Source of the DNA: an uncultured Planctomycetia bacterium
GTDB taxonomy: Bacteria > Omnitrophota > Gorgyraeia > JABMRG01
Length of the DNA: 64,000 bases
Assembly: GCA_964634945.1 (NCBI GenBank)
Contig: CAZWMG010000005.1
Coordinates: 16,306 to 80,305, forward strand
Reading direction: 5' to 3'
Made by a program: the position numbers and the translations under genes. The notes below the pieces were generated by a model, which was given only the letters and a program-made list of their open reading frames with translations, searched no databases and had not been told where the DNA came from. Each line of letters begins with the position of its first letter. The first letter of the stretch is position 1. This document shows positions 1-9,281 of the stretch, piece after piece.

Positions 1-553
1 CAAGAAAGTTTACCTTTGTAACAGGACTAAAAAGAGAATCTATGGCAATAACGCCTAATGCCTGACTCTCTTTCTTGTTGCCATCCGAGGGAACATACCC
101 CCTGCCCCTGCCAACTTCAAGCTCTATATTAAGCTTTATATTCTTTGTAAGAGTCGCGATATGCATATCAGGGTTAATTATATCGAGTGTCTCATCGGAT
201 ATAATATCTCTTCCCGTAACCTCGCCTTTGCGATGAACCTTTATAAATATAGGTTTTGGCGACGCGGTGTGACTTCTCAGGACCAAGCTCTTTATGTTTA
301 ATATAATCTGCGTAGCGTCCTCAACTACTCCGGGTATAGACGCGAATTCATGTGAAACACCCTCTATCTTTATGCTCGTTACAGCGGTTCCTTCAACAGA
401 AGAAAGCAGAACCCTTCTTAGGCTATTACCAAGTGTGGCACCATAACCTCTTTCGAAAGGTTCAGCGATAAATTCGCCATAAGTATCTGTAAGCGTATCT
501 TCATTCGCTTTCAGTAATTTTGGCATTTCAAAATTTCTCCAAGCTATACCCAT
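1..553 (-). CDS. rpoA: DNA-directed RNA polymerase subunit alpha (5' part; runs off the window edge)
   Basis: Manual translation from ATG at 553: MGIAWRNFEMPK...YGEFIAEPFERGYGATLGNSLRRVLLSS...GRGRGYVP; follows rpsD. Confidence 0.96.
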   Translation of the reverse strand, partial: MGIAWRNFEMPKLLKANEDTLTDTYGEFIAEPFERGYGATLGNSLRRVLLSSVEGTAVTSIKIEGVSHEFASIPGVVEDATQIILNIKSLVLRSHTASPKPIFIKVHRKGEVTGRDIISDETLDIINPDMHIATLTKNIKLNIELEVGRGRGYVPSDGNKKESQALGVIAIDSLFSPVTKVNFL

Positions 554-618
554 ATCTTTAACTCCTTATATTAGTTATTTCAAACGGATAACTATAAGAC
601 TACTTACTACTACAATTT

Positions 619-700
619 AGATCCTTCGTCGCTATCGCTCCTTAGGATAAATTCGCGCATACAACTTACGTCACTAACGTTGCGTAAGTTATGCGCTCAT
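619..700. repeat. Double-hairpin palindromic element (GATCCTTC...AGGAT family), copy 1, abutting the rpsD stop codon
   Basis: Shares AGATCCTTCG..AGGATAAATTCGC..TACAAYTTACG..CGTAARTT..GCTCAT with 14982-15075 and 30621-30721. Confidence 0.85.
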
Positions 701-1330
701 TTACTTAGAATAAAGTTCCACTATAAGCTGTTCCTCTATAGGGAAGGCAACATCTTCTCTGTCAGGTAAACTCAATACAGTTGCCGAAAGTTTACCTTCA
801 TCCAGATTGATCCATTTAGGCAATCCTCGGTCCTTATTTACCTTTATGGCTTCTTCTATCTTTTTCTTGTCCTCTTCCTTTATCTTAAGAGTTATTACAT
901 CGTCTTTCCTTATAAGATAGGACGGGATATTTACCTTTGAGCCATTTACAGTTATACCGTTATGCTTAACGATTTGACGCGCTTGCGCACGAGAAGCGGC
1001 AAAGCATGACCTAAAAACCACATTATCAAGGCGCCTCTCAAGCATCTGCAAGAGAATCTCACCCGTAACGCCCTTCTGTTTTTCGGATTTTTGGAAATAA
1101 CCGCGAAATTGCTTCTCTAAAACACCGTATATGCGCTTTACCTTCTGTTTTTCACGCAACTGCATTCCATAATCCGATACCTTGGTTCTTCTTCGCTGGC
1201 CATGCTGTCCGGGACTATAGCCCCTTTTGTCAAAAGAACACTTGGCACTTACGCAACGCGTGCCTTTTATAAACAACTTAATGCCTTCTCTTCTGCATAA
1301 TCTGCACATAGAACCTATACGCCTTGCCAT
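701..1330 (-). CDS. rpsD: 30S ribosomal protein S4
   Basis: CRLCRREG...PGQHG...SDYGMQLREKQK...LERRLDNVVFR. Confidence 0.98.
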   Translation of the reverse strand: MARRIGSMCRLCRREGIKLFIKGTRCVSAKCSFDKRGYSPGQHGQRRRTKVSDYGMQLREKQKVKRIYGVLEKQFRGYFQKSEKQKGVTGEILLQMLERRLDNVVFRSCFAASRAQARQIVKHNGITVNGSKVNIPSYLIRKDDVITLKIKEEDKKKIEEAIKVNKDRGLPKWINLDEGKLSATVLSLPDREDVAFPIEEQLIVELYSK

Positions 1331-1348
1331 ATTTACTCCTTAATAAAT

Positions 1349-1422
1349 AGGTAGAGGTAAAGTTAAAGGTAGAGCTAAACATCCCACTTTTCTACGACTC
1401 TTTGTCTTTGCCTTTGCCTTTT
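1349..1422. repeat. Hexamer periodic repeat with two roughly complementary arms
   Basis: aggtag aggtaa agttaa aggtag agctaa ... tctttg tctttg cctttg cctttt. Confidence 0.7.
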
Positions 1423-1459
1423 TCATTTGATCGAATTTTTACACACTCATCAATTACCG

Positions 1460-1846
1460 TTACACGCGCCTTCTCTTTGGCGGCCTGCAGCCATTGTGTG
1501 GTATAGGTGTAGTATCAGTAATTGAACTGACCTGTAGGCCTGCTGCCTGTATAGATCTTATTGTGGACTCCCTTCCTGAACCAGGGCCCTTTACAAAAAC
1601 ATCTATCTTTTGCATGCCAAACTCTTTTGCCTTTTTGGCTGCCTTATCTGCCGCGATCTGCGCGGCAAAAGGGGTGGACTTTTTTGAGCCCTTAAACCCT
1701 GACCCGCCGCTGGATGCCCAACACAATGTATTACCCTCAGGATCAGTAATGGTAATAATAGTATTATTAAAAGTCGCTAAGATATAAGCAACCCCAGCCG
1801 GCACATTACGTTTTATCTTCTTTTTTACCTTTGTCTTTTTTACCAC
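1460..1846 (-). CDS. rpsK: 30S ribosomal protein S11
   Basis: [34 protein letters not shown]; GTG start. Confidence 0.98.
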   Translation of the reverse strand: MVKKTKVKKKIKRNVPAGVAYILATFNNTIITITDPEGNTLCWASSGGSGFKGSKKSTPFAAQIAADKAAKKAKEFGMQKIDVFVKGPGSGRESTIRSIQAAGLQVSSITDTTPIPHNGCRPPKRRRV

Positions 1847-1859
1847 TCTTGCTTCTCCT

Positions 1860-1948
1860 TTAATGAGTCCCTATGCTTTCTTATGAAAGCAAGAATAGGG
1901 ACGAATTAACCCCCGTCGCTTTATTTCGCAAAGCGAAACAGCGGGGGT
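1860..1948. repeat. Two adjacent palindromic elements in the rpsM-rpsK spacer
   Basis: TTAAT-GAG-TCCCTAT-GCTTTC/GAAAGC-aaga-ATAGGGA-CGA-ATTAA (1860-1909), then ACCCCCG...CGGGGGT (1909-1948). Confidence 0.75.
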
Positions 1949-1966
1949 GCAACTACCCACGAATAA

Positions 1967-2338
1967 TTATTTCTTTCTCTGTACACCAACCGTACGCTTT
2001 GGTCCTTTTCGCGTACGGGCGTTTGTCTTGCTCGATTGACCTCTTACAGGCAGTCCTTTTTTGTGACGTTGGCCCCTGTAAGTACCGATATCCATGTTTC
2101 GCTTGATGTTCCCCGCTACTTCCCTGCGCAGATCGCCCTCAACATTATGGGCTTTCTGTATCGTAGTAGTAAGCTTGGCGATCTCTTCTTCTGTCAAATC
2201 CTTTGCCTTTACATGGGGCTCTATCTGCGCAATCTTAAGTATCTGATTAGATACGACTCTGCCAACACCATGTATATAGGTCAATGAAATTTCAATTCTT
2301 TTCTCTTTTGGTATATCAACACCACAAATTCTCGGCAT
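1967..2338 (-). CDS. rpsM: 30S ribosomal protein S13
   Basis: [10 protein letters not shown]...[16 protein letters not shown]. Confidence 0.98.
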   Translation of the reverse strand: MPRICGVDIPKEKRIEISLTYIHGVGRVVSNQILKIAQIEPHVKAKDLTEEEIAKLTTTIQKAHNVEGDLRREVAGNIKRNMDIGTYRGQRHKKGLPVRGQSSKTNARTRKGPKRTVGVQRKK

Positions 2339-2353
2339 TTGTTGCTCCTTTTA

Positions 2354-2417
2354 TTCGGTATTCGGTTTTCGGTGTTCGGTTTTCGCGGTAACCGCAAACC
2401 AATCACCTACCACCAAA
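2354..2417. repeat. Heptamer periodic inverted repeat (GGT/ACC core)
   Basis: ttcggta ttcggtt ttcggtg ttcggtt ttcgcgg t aaccgca aaccaat cacctac caccaaa. Confidence 0.8.
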
Positions 2418-2419
2418 AT

Positions 2420-2533
2420 TCAGCCCTGCCTCTGCTTATGCTTAGGGTTTTTGCAAATTACCCTTACAACGCCTTTGCGTCTTATGATCTTACATCCTGT
2501 ACACATTATTCTTACTGATGACCTTACCTTCAT
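2420..2533 (-). CDS. rpmJ: 50S ribosomal protein L36 (Zn-binding type; below the ORF-track cutoff)
   Basis: Manual translation [37 protein letters not shown]; between infA and rpsM. Confidence 0.96.
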   Translation of the reverse strand: MKVRSSVRIMCTGCKIIRRKGVVRVICKNPKHKQRQG

Positions 2534-2538
2534 GAATA

Positions 2539-2754
2539 TTACTTCTCCCTGTATATAATCCTGCCCTTTGTTAAATCATAAGGAGATAACTCTAGCTTAA
2601 CCTTATCTCCGGGCAGTATTCTGATAAAATACATTCTCATCTTGCCTGAAACATGTGCCAATATCTTATGGCCATTTTCAAGCTCTACCCTGAATCTCGC
2701 GTTTGGTAGTGCCTCAAGTATAGTTCCTTCTACTTCTATCGCTTCTTCTTTCAT
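2539..2754 (-). CDS. infA: Translation initiation factor IF-1
   Basis: [16 protein letters not shown]...[13 protein letters not shown]. Confidence 0.98.
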   Translation of the reverse strand: MKEEAIEVEGTILEALPNARFRVELENGHKILAHVSGKMRMYFIRILPGDKVKLELSPYDLTKGRIIYREK

Positions 2755-2771
2755 AAAATTACTTACTCTCT

Positions 2772-3524
2772 CTACATTATGCCATCTGTTAATATCTCTG
2801 GCCCATCGTGGGTAATCGCTACTGTGTGCTCAAAATGCGCCGCAAGACTACGATCTCTTGTTACTGCGGTCCAACCGTCCTCTAATATCTCTATTTCATG
2901 GCCTCCCGCACTGACCATCGGTTCAATCGCGAGAACCATACCCTTCTTAAGCCTGACTCCCATGCCGGGTTGACCAAAATTTGGTATTTGAGGATCCTCG
3001 TGCAGATTAGCGCCTATGCCATGACCGACAAAATCTCTTATAATCGATAGATTATTATCCTCTACGTGATTCTGTATGGCGCAGGAAATATCCGAGATCC
3101 TGTTCCCCAAATTAGCGCTGTCGATAGCTTTATACAACGCCCCTTTTGTAATCTCAATGAGCTTAGCTGCTTTTGAATCTATCTTTCCTATCCCTACCGT
3201 AATAGCGGCATCTGAAAAATAGCCTTCATACTCAACCCCGACATCGATGCTTAATATATCTTTTTCTTGCAAAACCCTGTTATTGGGAATGCCGTGCACG
3301 ATCTCTTCATTGACTGACGCGCAAATTGCTTTTGGAAAACCCTTATAACCTAAAAACGCGCACTTCGCGCCTGAGGCAATAATGCTCTCTCTGGCTATAT
3401 TATCGAGCTGATCGGTAGTTACGCCGGGTTTTATAAAAGGCTTAATAGCAACAATAGCTTCCCTTAAAATCCTTGATGCCTGCCTCATCTTTTCAATCTG
3501 GTCAGAGGACTTCAGTTCTATCAT
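2772..3524 (-). CDS. map: Methionine aminopeptidase type I
   Basis: [28 protein letters not shown]. Confidence 0.97.
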   Translation of the reverse strand: MIELKSSDQIEKMRQASRILREAIVAIKPFIKPGVTTDQLDNIARESIIASGAKCAFLGYKGFPKAICASVNEEIVHGIPNNRVLQEKDILSIDVGVEYEGYFSDAAITVGIGKIDSKAAKLIEITKGALYKAIDSANLGNRISDISCAIQNHVEDNNLSIIRDFVGHGIGANLHEDPQIPNFGQPGMGVRLKKGMVLAIEPMVSAGGHEIEILEDGWTAVTRDRSLAAHFEHTVAITHDGPEILTDGIM

Positions 3525-4180
3525 ATAAGTCTTTCGCTACCAAAGAGCTCGTAAAGAACGTCGTATAGCGCCCTTACTTCTAAATCGCCTGAAACGGTCT
3601 TGAGAACGTCATTCTTACCATAATAATCTATCAGCTCCTTGGTCTGGTCTTCGTAAACCTTGAGCCGTTTTAACACAGTCTCTTCTTTATCATCATCACG
3701 CTGGTAAAGCTCTCCGCCACAATAGTCACACACACCGGGTGTCTTTGGAGCGATATTTTGCATGTGAAAAATACTGCCGCATTGGTTGCATATCCGTCTT
3801 CCTGTAAGCCTCGATATAATTATATCTTTAGAGGTCTTCATATATACGACCATATCGAGATGTATGCCTATCTCGTTAAGCGCGTCATCTAATGCCTTTG
3901 CCTGCTCCCTCGTACGGGGGTAACCATCTAATATAAAACCTGAATCCTTAACATCTTCCTGAGATAACCGTTTAGCAACTATCTCATTTACTAACTCATC
4001 CGGCACAAGGGCTCCACTATTCATGTACTCCGCTAGTTTTTTACCTAGCTCGTCACCATTCTTAGCTGCCTCTCTGAATATATCTCCCGTAGATATATGT
4101 ATAAGTGAGAGATTCTCAGAAAGTACTTTTGCCTGGGTGCCCTTACCCGCCCCTGGTGGGCCTAATAAGACTAATCTCAA
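3521..4180 (-). CDS. adk: Adenylate kinase (Zn-lid type)
   Basis: GPPGAGKGT, DGYPR, CNQC...CDYC lid; TTG start. Confidence 0.97.
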   Translation of the reverse strand: MRLVLLGPPGAGKGTQAKVLSENLSLIHISTGDIFREAAKNGDELGKKLAEYMNSGALVPDELVNEIVAKRLSQEDVKDSGFILDGYPRTREQAKALDDALNEIGIHLDMVVYMKTSKDIIISRLTGRRICNQCGSIFHMQNIAPKTPGVCDYCGGELYQRDDDKEETVLKRLKVYEDQTKELIDYYGKNDVLKTVSGDLEVRALYDVLYELFGSERLI

Positions 4181-5526
4181 CGCCTGCTCCTTAGTTTGCC
4201 TTTCTTTAAGAAACCTTCATAATGCCTCATAAGAAGCTGCGATTCTACTTGTTTCATTGTATCTAACATAACACCTACCGTAATAAGTATAGCTGTTCCA
4301 CCAAAAAAGCTAGCTACCAAATACGGTATATGTAACGAACGGCTTATCCAGTTAGGTGATATAGCTATCAACGCTAGGAATATAGCGCCAGGGAGCGTAA
4401 CCCTGTTTAGTATATACTCAAAATATTGCGCAGTAGGCTTACCGGGACGAATTCCAGGTATAAAACCGCCGTATTTTTTCATATTATCCGAAACCTCTAC
4501 GGGATTAAATGTGATAGCAGTATAAAAATAACAGAAAAATATTATTAGAAGCGAATACATTAAACTATATACAAGGTTCTGTTTTAATAGAAAATTCGCG
4601 GCGTTCTGAAAAGCGGCGTTAGGTATAAATCCGGCTATAGTAGCGGGGAACATCAAGAGCGATTGCGCGAATATAATAGGAATAACGCCTGCGTGGTTTA
4701 CCCTAAAAGGAATATAAGTACTCTGTCCGCCATAGACCTTCCTGCCTATAATCCTTTTCGCGTACTGTACAGGTATCCTGCGCTGTCCTTGTGTTATCAT
4801 AATAACAGCGACTATAACCACTATCAACAAAAGAATCATGAATAGCAACTTAAAGACGCTTACCTGGGTCTGTGATGTAGATGTAGGGGCTAACAATAAG
4901 ATCAACTGCCTTATAGCGACAGGTAGGCGCGAAACAATTCCGGCTGTGATAATTATCGACATGCCGTTGCCAATACCATACTCTGATATCTGCTCACCCA
5001 GCCACATTATGAAGGCGGTACCACTGGCAAACGTCAATATAGTTAAGAGCCTGAAGCCTAAGCCCGGGAATTGCACTATTTGAACGCCCTGAAAATGAGC
5101 CGGATTCTCAACCCAGAGGCTTATGAAAAACGCCTGCACTATAGCAAGCAGGACCGTTCCAAGCCTTGTATACTGCGTTATCTTCTTTCGGCCTTCTTCC
5201 CCGCCTTCCTTGGCTAATTTTTCCAATGAAGGGATAACGGTGGTTAATAGCTGCATTATAATGGAAGCTGATATATAGGGCATAATACCCAATGCGAATA
5301 TCGTAAGCTTTGATATCGCGCCGCCGCTAAAAAGATCCATAATACCAAAAAGTGTGCCACCCGTACTTTTTGCCATGTTTTCAAAGAACTGCGCAAGTGC
5401 CGCGCCATCAATACCTGGAGTAGGTATATACGCGCCAAGCCTATAGACCGCGATTAGGCCAAATGTTACAAAAATCTTCTTTCGTAGATCGGGTATCTTA
5501 AATATATTACTCAGTGCTGCAAACAT
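4177..5526 (-). CDS. secY: Preprotein translocase subunit SecY
   Basis: FALGIMPYISASII, WLGEQISEYGIGNG, AGVIPIIFA, GGFIPGIRPG. Confidence 0.98.
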   Translation of the reverse strand: MFAALSNIFKIPDLRKKIFVTFGLIAVYRLGAYIPTPGIDGAALAQFFENMAKSTGGTLFGIMDLFSGGAISKLTIFALGIMPYISASIIMQLLTTVIPSLEKLAKEGGEEGRKKITQYTRLGTVLLAIVQAFFISLWVENPAHFQGVQIVQFPGLGFRLLTILTFASGTAFIMWLGEQISEYGIGNGMSIIITAGIVSRLPVAIRQLILLLAPTSTSQTQVSVFKLLFMILLLIVVIVAVIMITQGQRRIPVQYAKRIIGRKVYGGQSTYIPFRVNHAGVIPIIFAQSLLMFPATIAGFIPNAAFQNAANFLLKQNLVYSLMYSLLIIFFCYFYTAITFNPVEVSDNMKKYGGFIPGIRPGKPTAQYFEYILNRVTLPGAIFLALIAISPNWISRSLHIPYLVASFFGGTAILITVGVMLDTMKQVESQLLMRHYEGFLKKGKLRSRR

Positions 5527-5557
5527 TGTTATTCCTTGTATCTGGTATTTTTATATG

Positions 5558-5618
5558 AAGGTAAAGGTAGAGATATTATACTTTACCTACTTCACCTTCA
5601 CCTTTTCCTTCACCTTTA
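5558..5618. repeat. Hexamer periodic inverted repeat straddling the rplO stop codon
   Basis: aaggta aaggta gagata | ttacct ac ttcacc ttcacc ttttcc ttcacc; the second arm encodes KGEGKGEGEVGK. Confidence 0.65.
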
Positions 5619-6091
5619 TTATTAAAGCCTATAGGTGAGCGCTTCTTCAATAAGAGAATGCTTCCACCTGCTTCTTCTATGGCTTCCTTAGCTTTCTTAC
5701 TAAAAGCATGGGCGTGAACCTCTAAGCTCTTTTTAAACTTATCCGCGCTTAATACCTTTATAAGGCCCCGCGCATCCTTGATAAAGCCTTTCTTTTTCAG
5801 TAGTTCAGGAGTAACAGGCTTATCACCGGAAAGAGTATTAAGATCTTTGCTGCTAACAAGCTGGTACTCTTTTTTGTTCTGACTGGCAAAGCCTCTCTTT
5901 GGCAATCTTCTCATAAGCGGCATCTGCCCGCCCTCAACACCTTTATACTTCTTGGTATTTCCGCGCGCAGTCTGCCCTTTATGGCCACGACAGGCTGTCT
6001 TTCCATGGCCTGAACCTTGTCCCAATCCACGTCTCTTTGTCTTTTTATTGGCGCCCTTAGGCTGGATTAAATAATCTGTTATTGCCATCAT
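5576..6091 (-). CDS. rplO: 50S ribosomal protein L15
   Basis: GSGHGKTACRGHKGQ..EGGQMPLMRRLPKRGF. Confidence 0.97.
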   Translation of the reverse strand: MMAITDYLIQPKGANKKTKRRGLGQGSGHGKTACRGHKGQTARGNTKKYKGVEGGQMPLMRRLPKRGFASQNKKEYQLVSSKDLNTLSGDKPVTPELLKKKGFIKDARGLIKVLSADKFKKSLEVHAHAFSKKAKEAIEEAGGSILLLKKRSPIGFNNKGEGKGEGEVGKV

Positions 6092-6688
6092 TTACTCGCT
6101 ATCTGCAGGTTTACTGACTAGATTACGTACTTCATTTGTAGCCTTTAAGTCTTTGAAACCTGTCGCTGTTGCTTTTACTATGTTAAAAGGGTTATTCGAT
6201 CCTAAGCATTTTGTAAGTACGTCTCTTATGCCCGCCGCGTCACACATCGCCCTTGTTGCCCCACCGGCTATTACACCTGTTCCTTCACCAGCCGGCTTTA
6301 ACAATACCCTGCCAGCGCCATAAACACCGATAACTTCATGCGGAATAGTTGAGCCTTTAAGCGTTACGCTAAACATAGTCTTGCGCGCGTCATTTAAGCC
6401 CTTCTTAATCGCGTCAGCAACTTCATTGGCCTTACCAAAGCCATATCCAACATTGCCTTTTCTGTCACCGACTACAACCAGGGCGCTAAAACCTATCTTC
6501 TTACCACCCTTTGTAACCTTTGAAGTACGGTTTATCTTAAGAACCTTTTCAAACATCTCATCCTGCTGCTCTTTGGCAGGCGCGGATGCCGGTTCTTTTG
6601 GCAGAATCTTTTTTACCACTTCTTTACTTTTATCCGTTTCGGGATTTGTCTTTACGTTCTTATCTGTATTCTCTTGAGCCAAAATCAT
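6092..6688 (-). CDS. rpsE: 30S ribosomal protein S5 with N-terminal extension
   Basis: KVTKGGK..FSALVVVGD..GTGVIAGG; AGGAGG upstream of the first ATG. Confidence 0.97.
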   Translation of the reverse strand: MILAQENTDKNVKTNPETDKSKEVVKKILPKEPASAPAKEQQDEMFEKVLKINRTSKVTKGGKKIGFSALVVVGDRKGNVGYGFGKANEVADAIKKGLNDARKTMFSVTLKGSTIPHEVIGVYGAGRVLLKPAGEGTGVIAGGATRAMCDAAGIRDVLTKCLGSNNPFNIVKATATGFKDLKATNEVRNLVSKPADSE

Positions 6689-6703
6689 ATCCTCCTAAAT
6701 GTT

Positions 6704-7066
6704 CTAAAATACCAATCCTGCTTTTCGCGCTGAATCAGCAAAAGCCTTTATCCTGCCGTGAAATAAGAGTCCGCCTTTATCGAATACGACTTTTGTTACA
6801 TCTTTTTCCTTGGCCTTCTCAGCTACTAACGTGCCGAGCAAGACAGCGGATTTTATGTTGCCGCCGCAGGCTGCGCTGTTTTTTGCGTCCTTGCTAAATG
6901 TTGATACAGAGACAATGGTCTTTCCATCGGTATCATTTATTACCTGCGCGGATAGGTTCTTTAATGACCTATATACACATAGTCTAGGCCGCTGGCTCGT
7001 CCCTATTACTTTTTTTCTTGCCCGCTTATGCCTTATCTCTCTTTGTCTTATACGTTTTTTCTGCAT
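6704..7066 (-). CDS. rplR: 50S ribosomal protein L18
   Basis: RPRLCVYRS..VVFDKGG..FHGRIKA. Confidence 0.97.
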   Translation of the reverse strand: MQKKRIRQREIRHKRARKKVIGTSQRPRLCVYRSLKNLSAQVINDTDGKTIVSVSTFSKDAKNSAACGGNIKSAVLLGTLVAEKAKEKDVTKVVFDKGGLLFHGRIKAFADSARKAGLVF

Positions 7067-7077
7067 TTTAATCCTTT

Positions 7078-7111
7078 AACTTTTGTAGCTTTTGTAACTT
7101 TTGTAACCTTT
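7078..7111. repeat. Nonamer tandem repeat
   Basis: aacttttgt agcttttgt aacttttgt aaccttt; reverse complement of the unit at 54501-54543. Confidence 0.7.
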
Positions 7112-7646
7112 AAGCCACAGTCTTGCCTGCCTTCTTTCTAACATACTCGCCAACATACCTTATGCCTTTGCCTTTATAGGGTTCCGGCTTGTAAAAAAGG
7201 CGAATCTCCGCGGCAATCTGGCCGACTTGCTGCTTGTCTATCCCTTTTAGTATTATCTGTGTCGGCTTAGGTGTTTCAATAGCAATCCCTTCAGGGATAT
7301 CATACTCTATAGGGTGTGAAAATCCTAAATTCAGAACCAGCTTCTTGCCATTTAGCTGAGCCTTAAAACCAACTCCTTGAATCTCAAGCTCTTTTGAAAA
7401 ACCCTCTGTTACACCAATCACCATATTATTAATCAGCGCACGTACAAGGCCGTGCTTCATCCTGTGATCCTTAATATCTGATATTCTGGTTACTATGCAC
7501 TGATCATCCTTGAGCTCTACCTTTACGCCATAAGGAAGACTAAAATCGAGTTTGCCCTTAGCGCCCTCGACCTTTACTAGTTCCTTGTCTATGGTCACCT
7601 TGACTCCGGCAGGTACTTTTATAGGCTGTTTTCCTACGCGTGACAT
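7110..7646 (-). CDS. rplF: 50S ribosomal protein L6
   Basis: MSRVGKQPI...LGFSHPI...PEPYKGKGIRY; start trimmed to ATG 7646. Confidence 0.97.
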   Translation of the reverse strand: MSRVGKQPIKVPAGVKVTIDKELVKVEGAKGKLDFSLPYGVKVELKDDQCIVTRISDIKDHRMKHGLVRALINNMVIGVTEGFSKELEIQGVGFKAQLNGKKLVLNLGFSHPIEYDIPEGIAIETPKPTQIILKGIDKQQVGQIAAEIRLFYKPEPYKGKGIRYVGEYVRKKAGKTVA

Positions 7647-7654
7647 AATTCTCC

Positions 7655-8059
7655 TTACCAAACGTGGCAGAGAAGCTCTCCGCCGATATTAGATTTGCGA
7701 CATTCACTGTCTGTTAATACGCCTTTTGACGTTGATATAATAGCTATGCCTCTACCACCCAAAACTTCCTGTAGATCCTCAGATTGCTTGTAGATACGTA
7801 ATCCGGACTTTGATATCTTCTTCAAGTTTGTTATTGCCGGGGCTTTCAACGTATCAGGAGAGTACTTAAGATATATCCTGAGCTTACCTTGACGGTTATC
7901 CTTAAGAACCCTGTAATCACGTATAAAGCCTTCTCGTTTCAATATTTCGCATATTGATTTACGCAAACCTGATAAGGGGCATTCCAGATTTTCCTTCTTC
8001 ACAGAAGAAGCGTTTCTTATGATAGTTATAAAATCAGCTACTGTATCTGTTTGTGACAT
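7655..8059 (-). CDS. rpsH: 30S ribosomal protein S8
   Basis: DTVADFITIIRNA...GIAIISTSKGVLT..GGELLC. Confidence 0.97.
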   Translation of the reverse strand: MSQTDTVADFITIIRNASSVKKENLECPLSGLRKSICEILKREGFIRDYRVLKDNRQGKLRIYLKYSPDTLKAPAITNLKKISKSGLRIYKQSEDLQEVLGGRGIAIISTSKGVLTDSECRKSNIGGELLCHVW

Positions 8060-8081
8060 ATTATAATCTCCGATTTATTCG

Positions 8082-8159
8082 CTCGTAATTCGTGTTGCGC
8101 AATTTTCGTCGTGCGTCACGCAATACCTGCCTCGCCTGCAGGCGGGCGCAATACGAGAG
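8082..8159. repeat. CGCAATA-type heptamer repeat with an embedded CCTGCCT..AGGCGGG mini-palindrome (8126-8146)
   Basis: ctcgtaa ttcgtgt tgcgcaa ... cacgcaata cctgcctcgcctgcaggcggg cgcaatacgag. Confidence 0.7.
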
Positions 8160-8345
8160 TTACCAACTAGCCTTTGTAACTCCCGGTATCTCACCGCGCG
8201 ATGCCATCTCTCTAAAACATATCCTGCATAAGCCAAACCTTCTGATAAAACCACGGGGCCTCCCGCAGAGCATGCAACGATTATAGGCTCGCACGCTGAA
8301 TTTGGGCTTACGCTTCTGCTTCTCTATTAATGCTTTTTTAGCCAA
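8160..8345 (-). CDS. rpsN: 30S ribosomal protein S14, type Z
   Basis: 61 aa, [26 protein letters not shown]. Confidence 0.97.
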   Translation of the reverse strand: MAKKALIEKQKRKPKFSVRAYNRCMLCGRPRGFIRRFGLCRICFREMASRGEIPGVTKASW

Positions 8346-8354
8346 TCTAAACTC

Positions 8355-8936
8355 CTATTTCTGCGCAAAAGGCATGCCGAACAGTTTTAAAAGTTCCTTA
8401 GATGCCTCAACATTAGATCTAACGATTGTTAATGTTACTGTCATACCTCTAACATTAGTTACCTTATCAATGTCAAGTTCAGGAAAAATAGTATGTTCGG
8501 TTATACCAAGTGAATAATTACCATTTCCATCAAAAGATTTTAATGATATACCACGAAAATCTCTAATTCTCGGCAATGCTATATTAATTAAACGGTCAAA
8601 AAACTCGTACATCTTCTTGCCTCGCAGCACTACAGCACAACCGATAGGCAGGCCTTTTCTCAGCTTAAAATTCGAGATAGCCTTCTTGGCTCTGGTCATA
8701 ATAGGCATCTGGCCTACAAGCTGAGCCAGTTCCTTTTGAGCATCCTCGACAAGCTTTGCATCCTGCGCGCCTAAACCTATGCCCATATTAACAGTAATCT
8801 TTGTAATATACGGAACCTGGAACTTATTCTTGTAGCCAAACTTCTCTATCATGGCCGGAACTATCTCATTATTATATTTTTCCTGCAATCTCGATTTCTT
8901 AGCCGCTTCTACGCCAGTATTCATACTATCCACCAT
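8355..8936 (-). CDS. rplE: 50S ribosomal protein L5
   Basis: ALPRIRDFRG..SFDGNGNYSLG. Confidence 0.97.
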   Translation of the reverse strand: MVDSMNTGVEAAKKSRLQEKYNNEIVPAMIEKFGYKNKFQVPYITKITVNMGIGLGAQDAKLVEDAQKELAQLVGQMPIMTRAKKAISNFKLRKGLPIGCAVVLRGKKMYEFFDRLINIALPRIRDFRGISLKSFDGNGNYSLGITEHTIFPELDIDKVTNVRGMTVTLTIVRSNVEASKELLKLFGMPFAQK

Positions 8937-8939
8937 TCT

Positions 8940-9248
8940 CTATAATGTCTCTTTACAATTTTTGCAGATCCTAGCCTTCGCGCCATCTGAGAGCTGAGTA
9001 AAACCTACTCTGGCAGGCTTGCTACATCTAGTGCAGATCATTGCAACGTTAGAAATATTTATAGCGTTTTCCCTCTGGATAACGCCGCCTTTAGGATTCT
9101 CCTGGGTCTTTCTCGTATGCTTTTTCAGATAATTTATACCCTCAACAATAATCTTACTCTTTACTGGAAATATCTTAAGCACCTTACCCGATTTACCCTT
9201 ATCCTTACCTGCTATTACTTTAACTACATCATTTCTTTTGATTTTCAT
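8940..9248 (-). CDS. rplX: 50S ribosomal protein L24
   Basis: KOW motif VIAGKDKGK..VEGIN. Confidence 0.97.
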   Translation of the reverse strand: MKIKRNDVVKVIAGKDKGKSGKVLKIFPVKSKIIVEGINYLKKHTRKTQENPKGGVIQRENAINISNVAMICTRCSKPARVGFTQLSDGAKARICKNCKETL

Positions 9249-9256
9249 CTTTAATC

Positions 9257-9281
9257 TTTACCTTTACCTTTGCCTTTACCT
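9257..9281. repeat. Hexamer tandem repeat (single arm)
   Basis: tttacc tttacc tttgcc tttacc t, immediately after the rplN stop. Confidence 0.6.
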
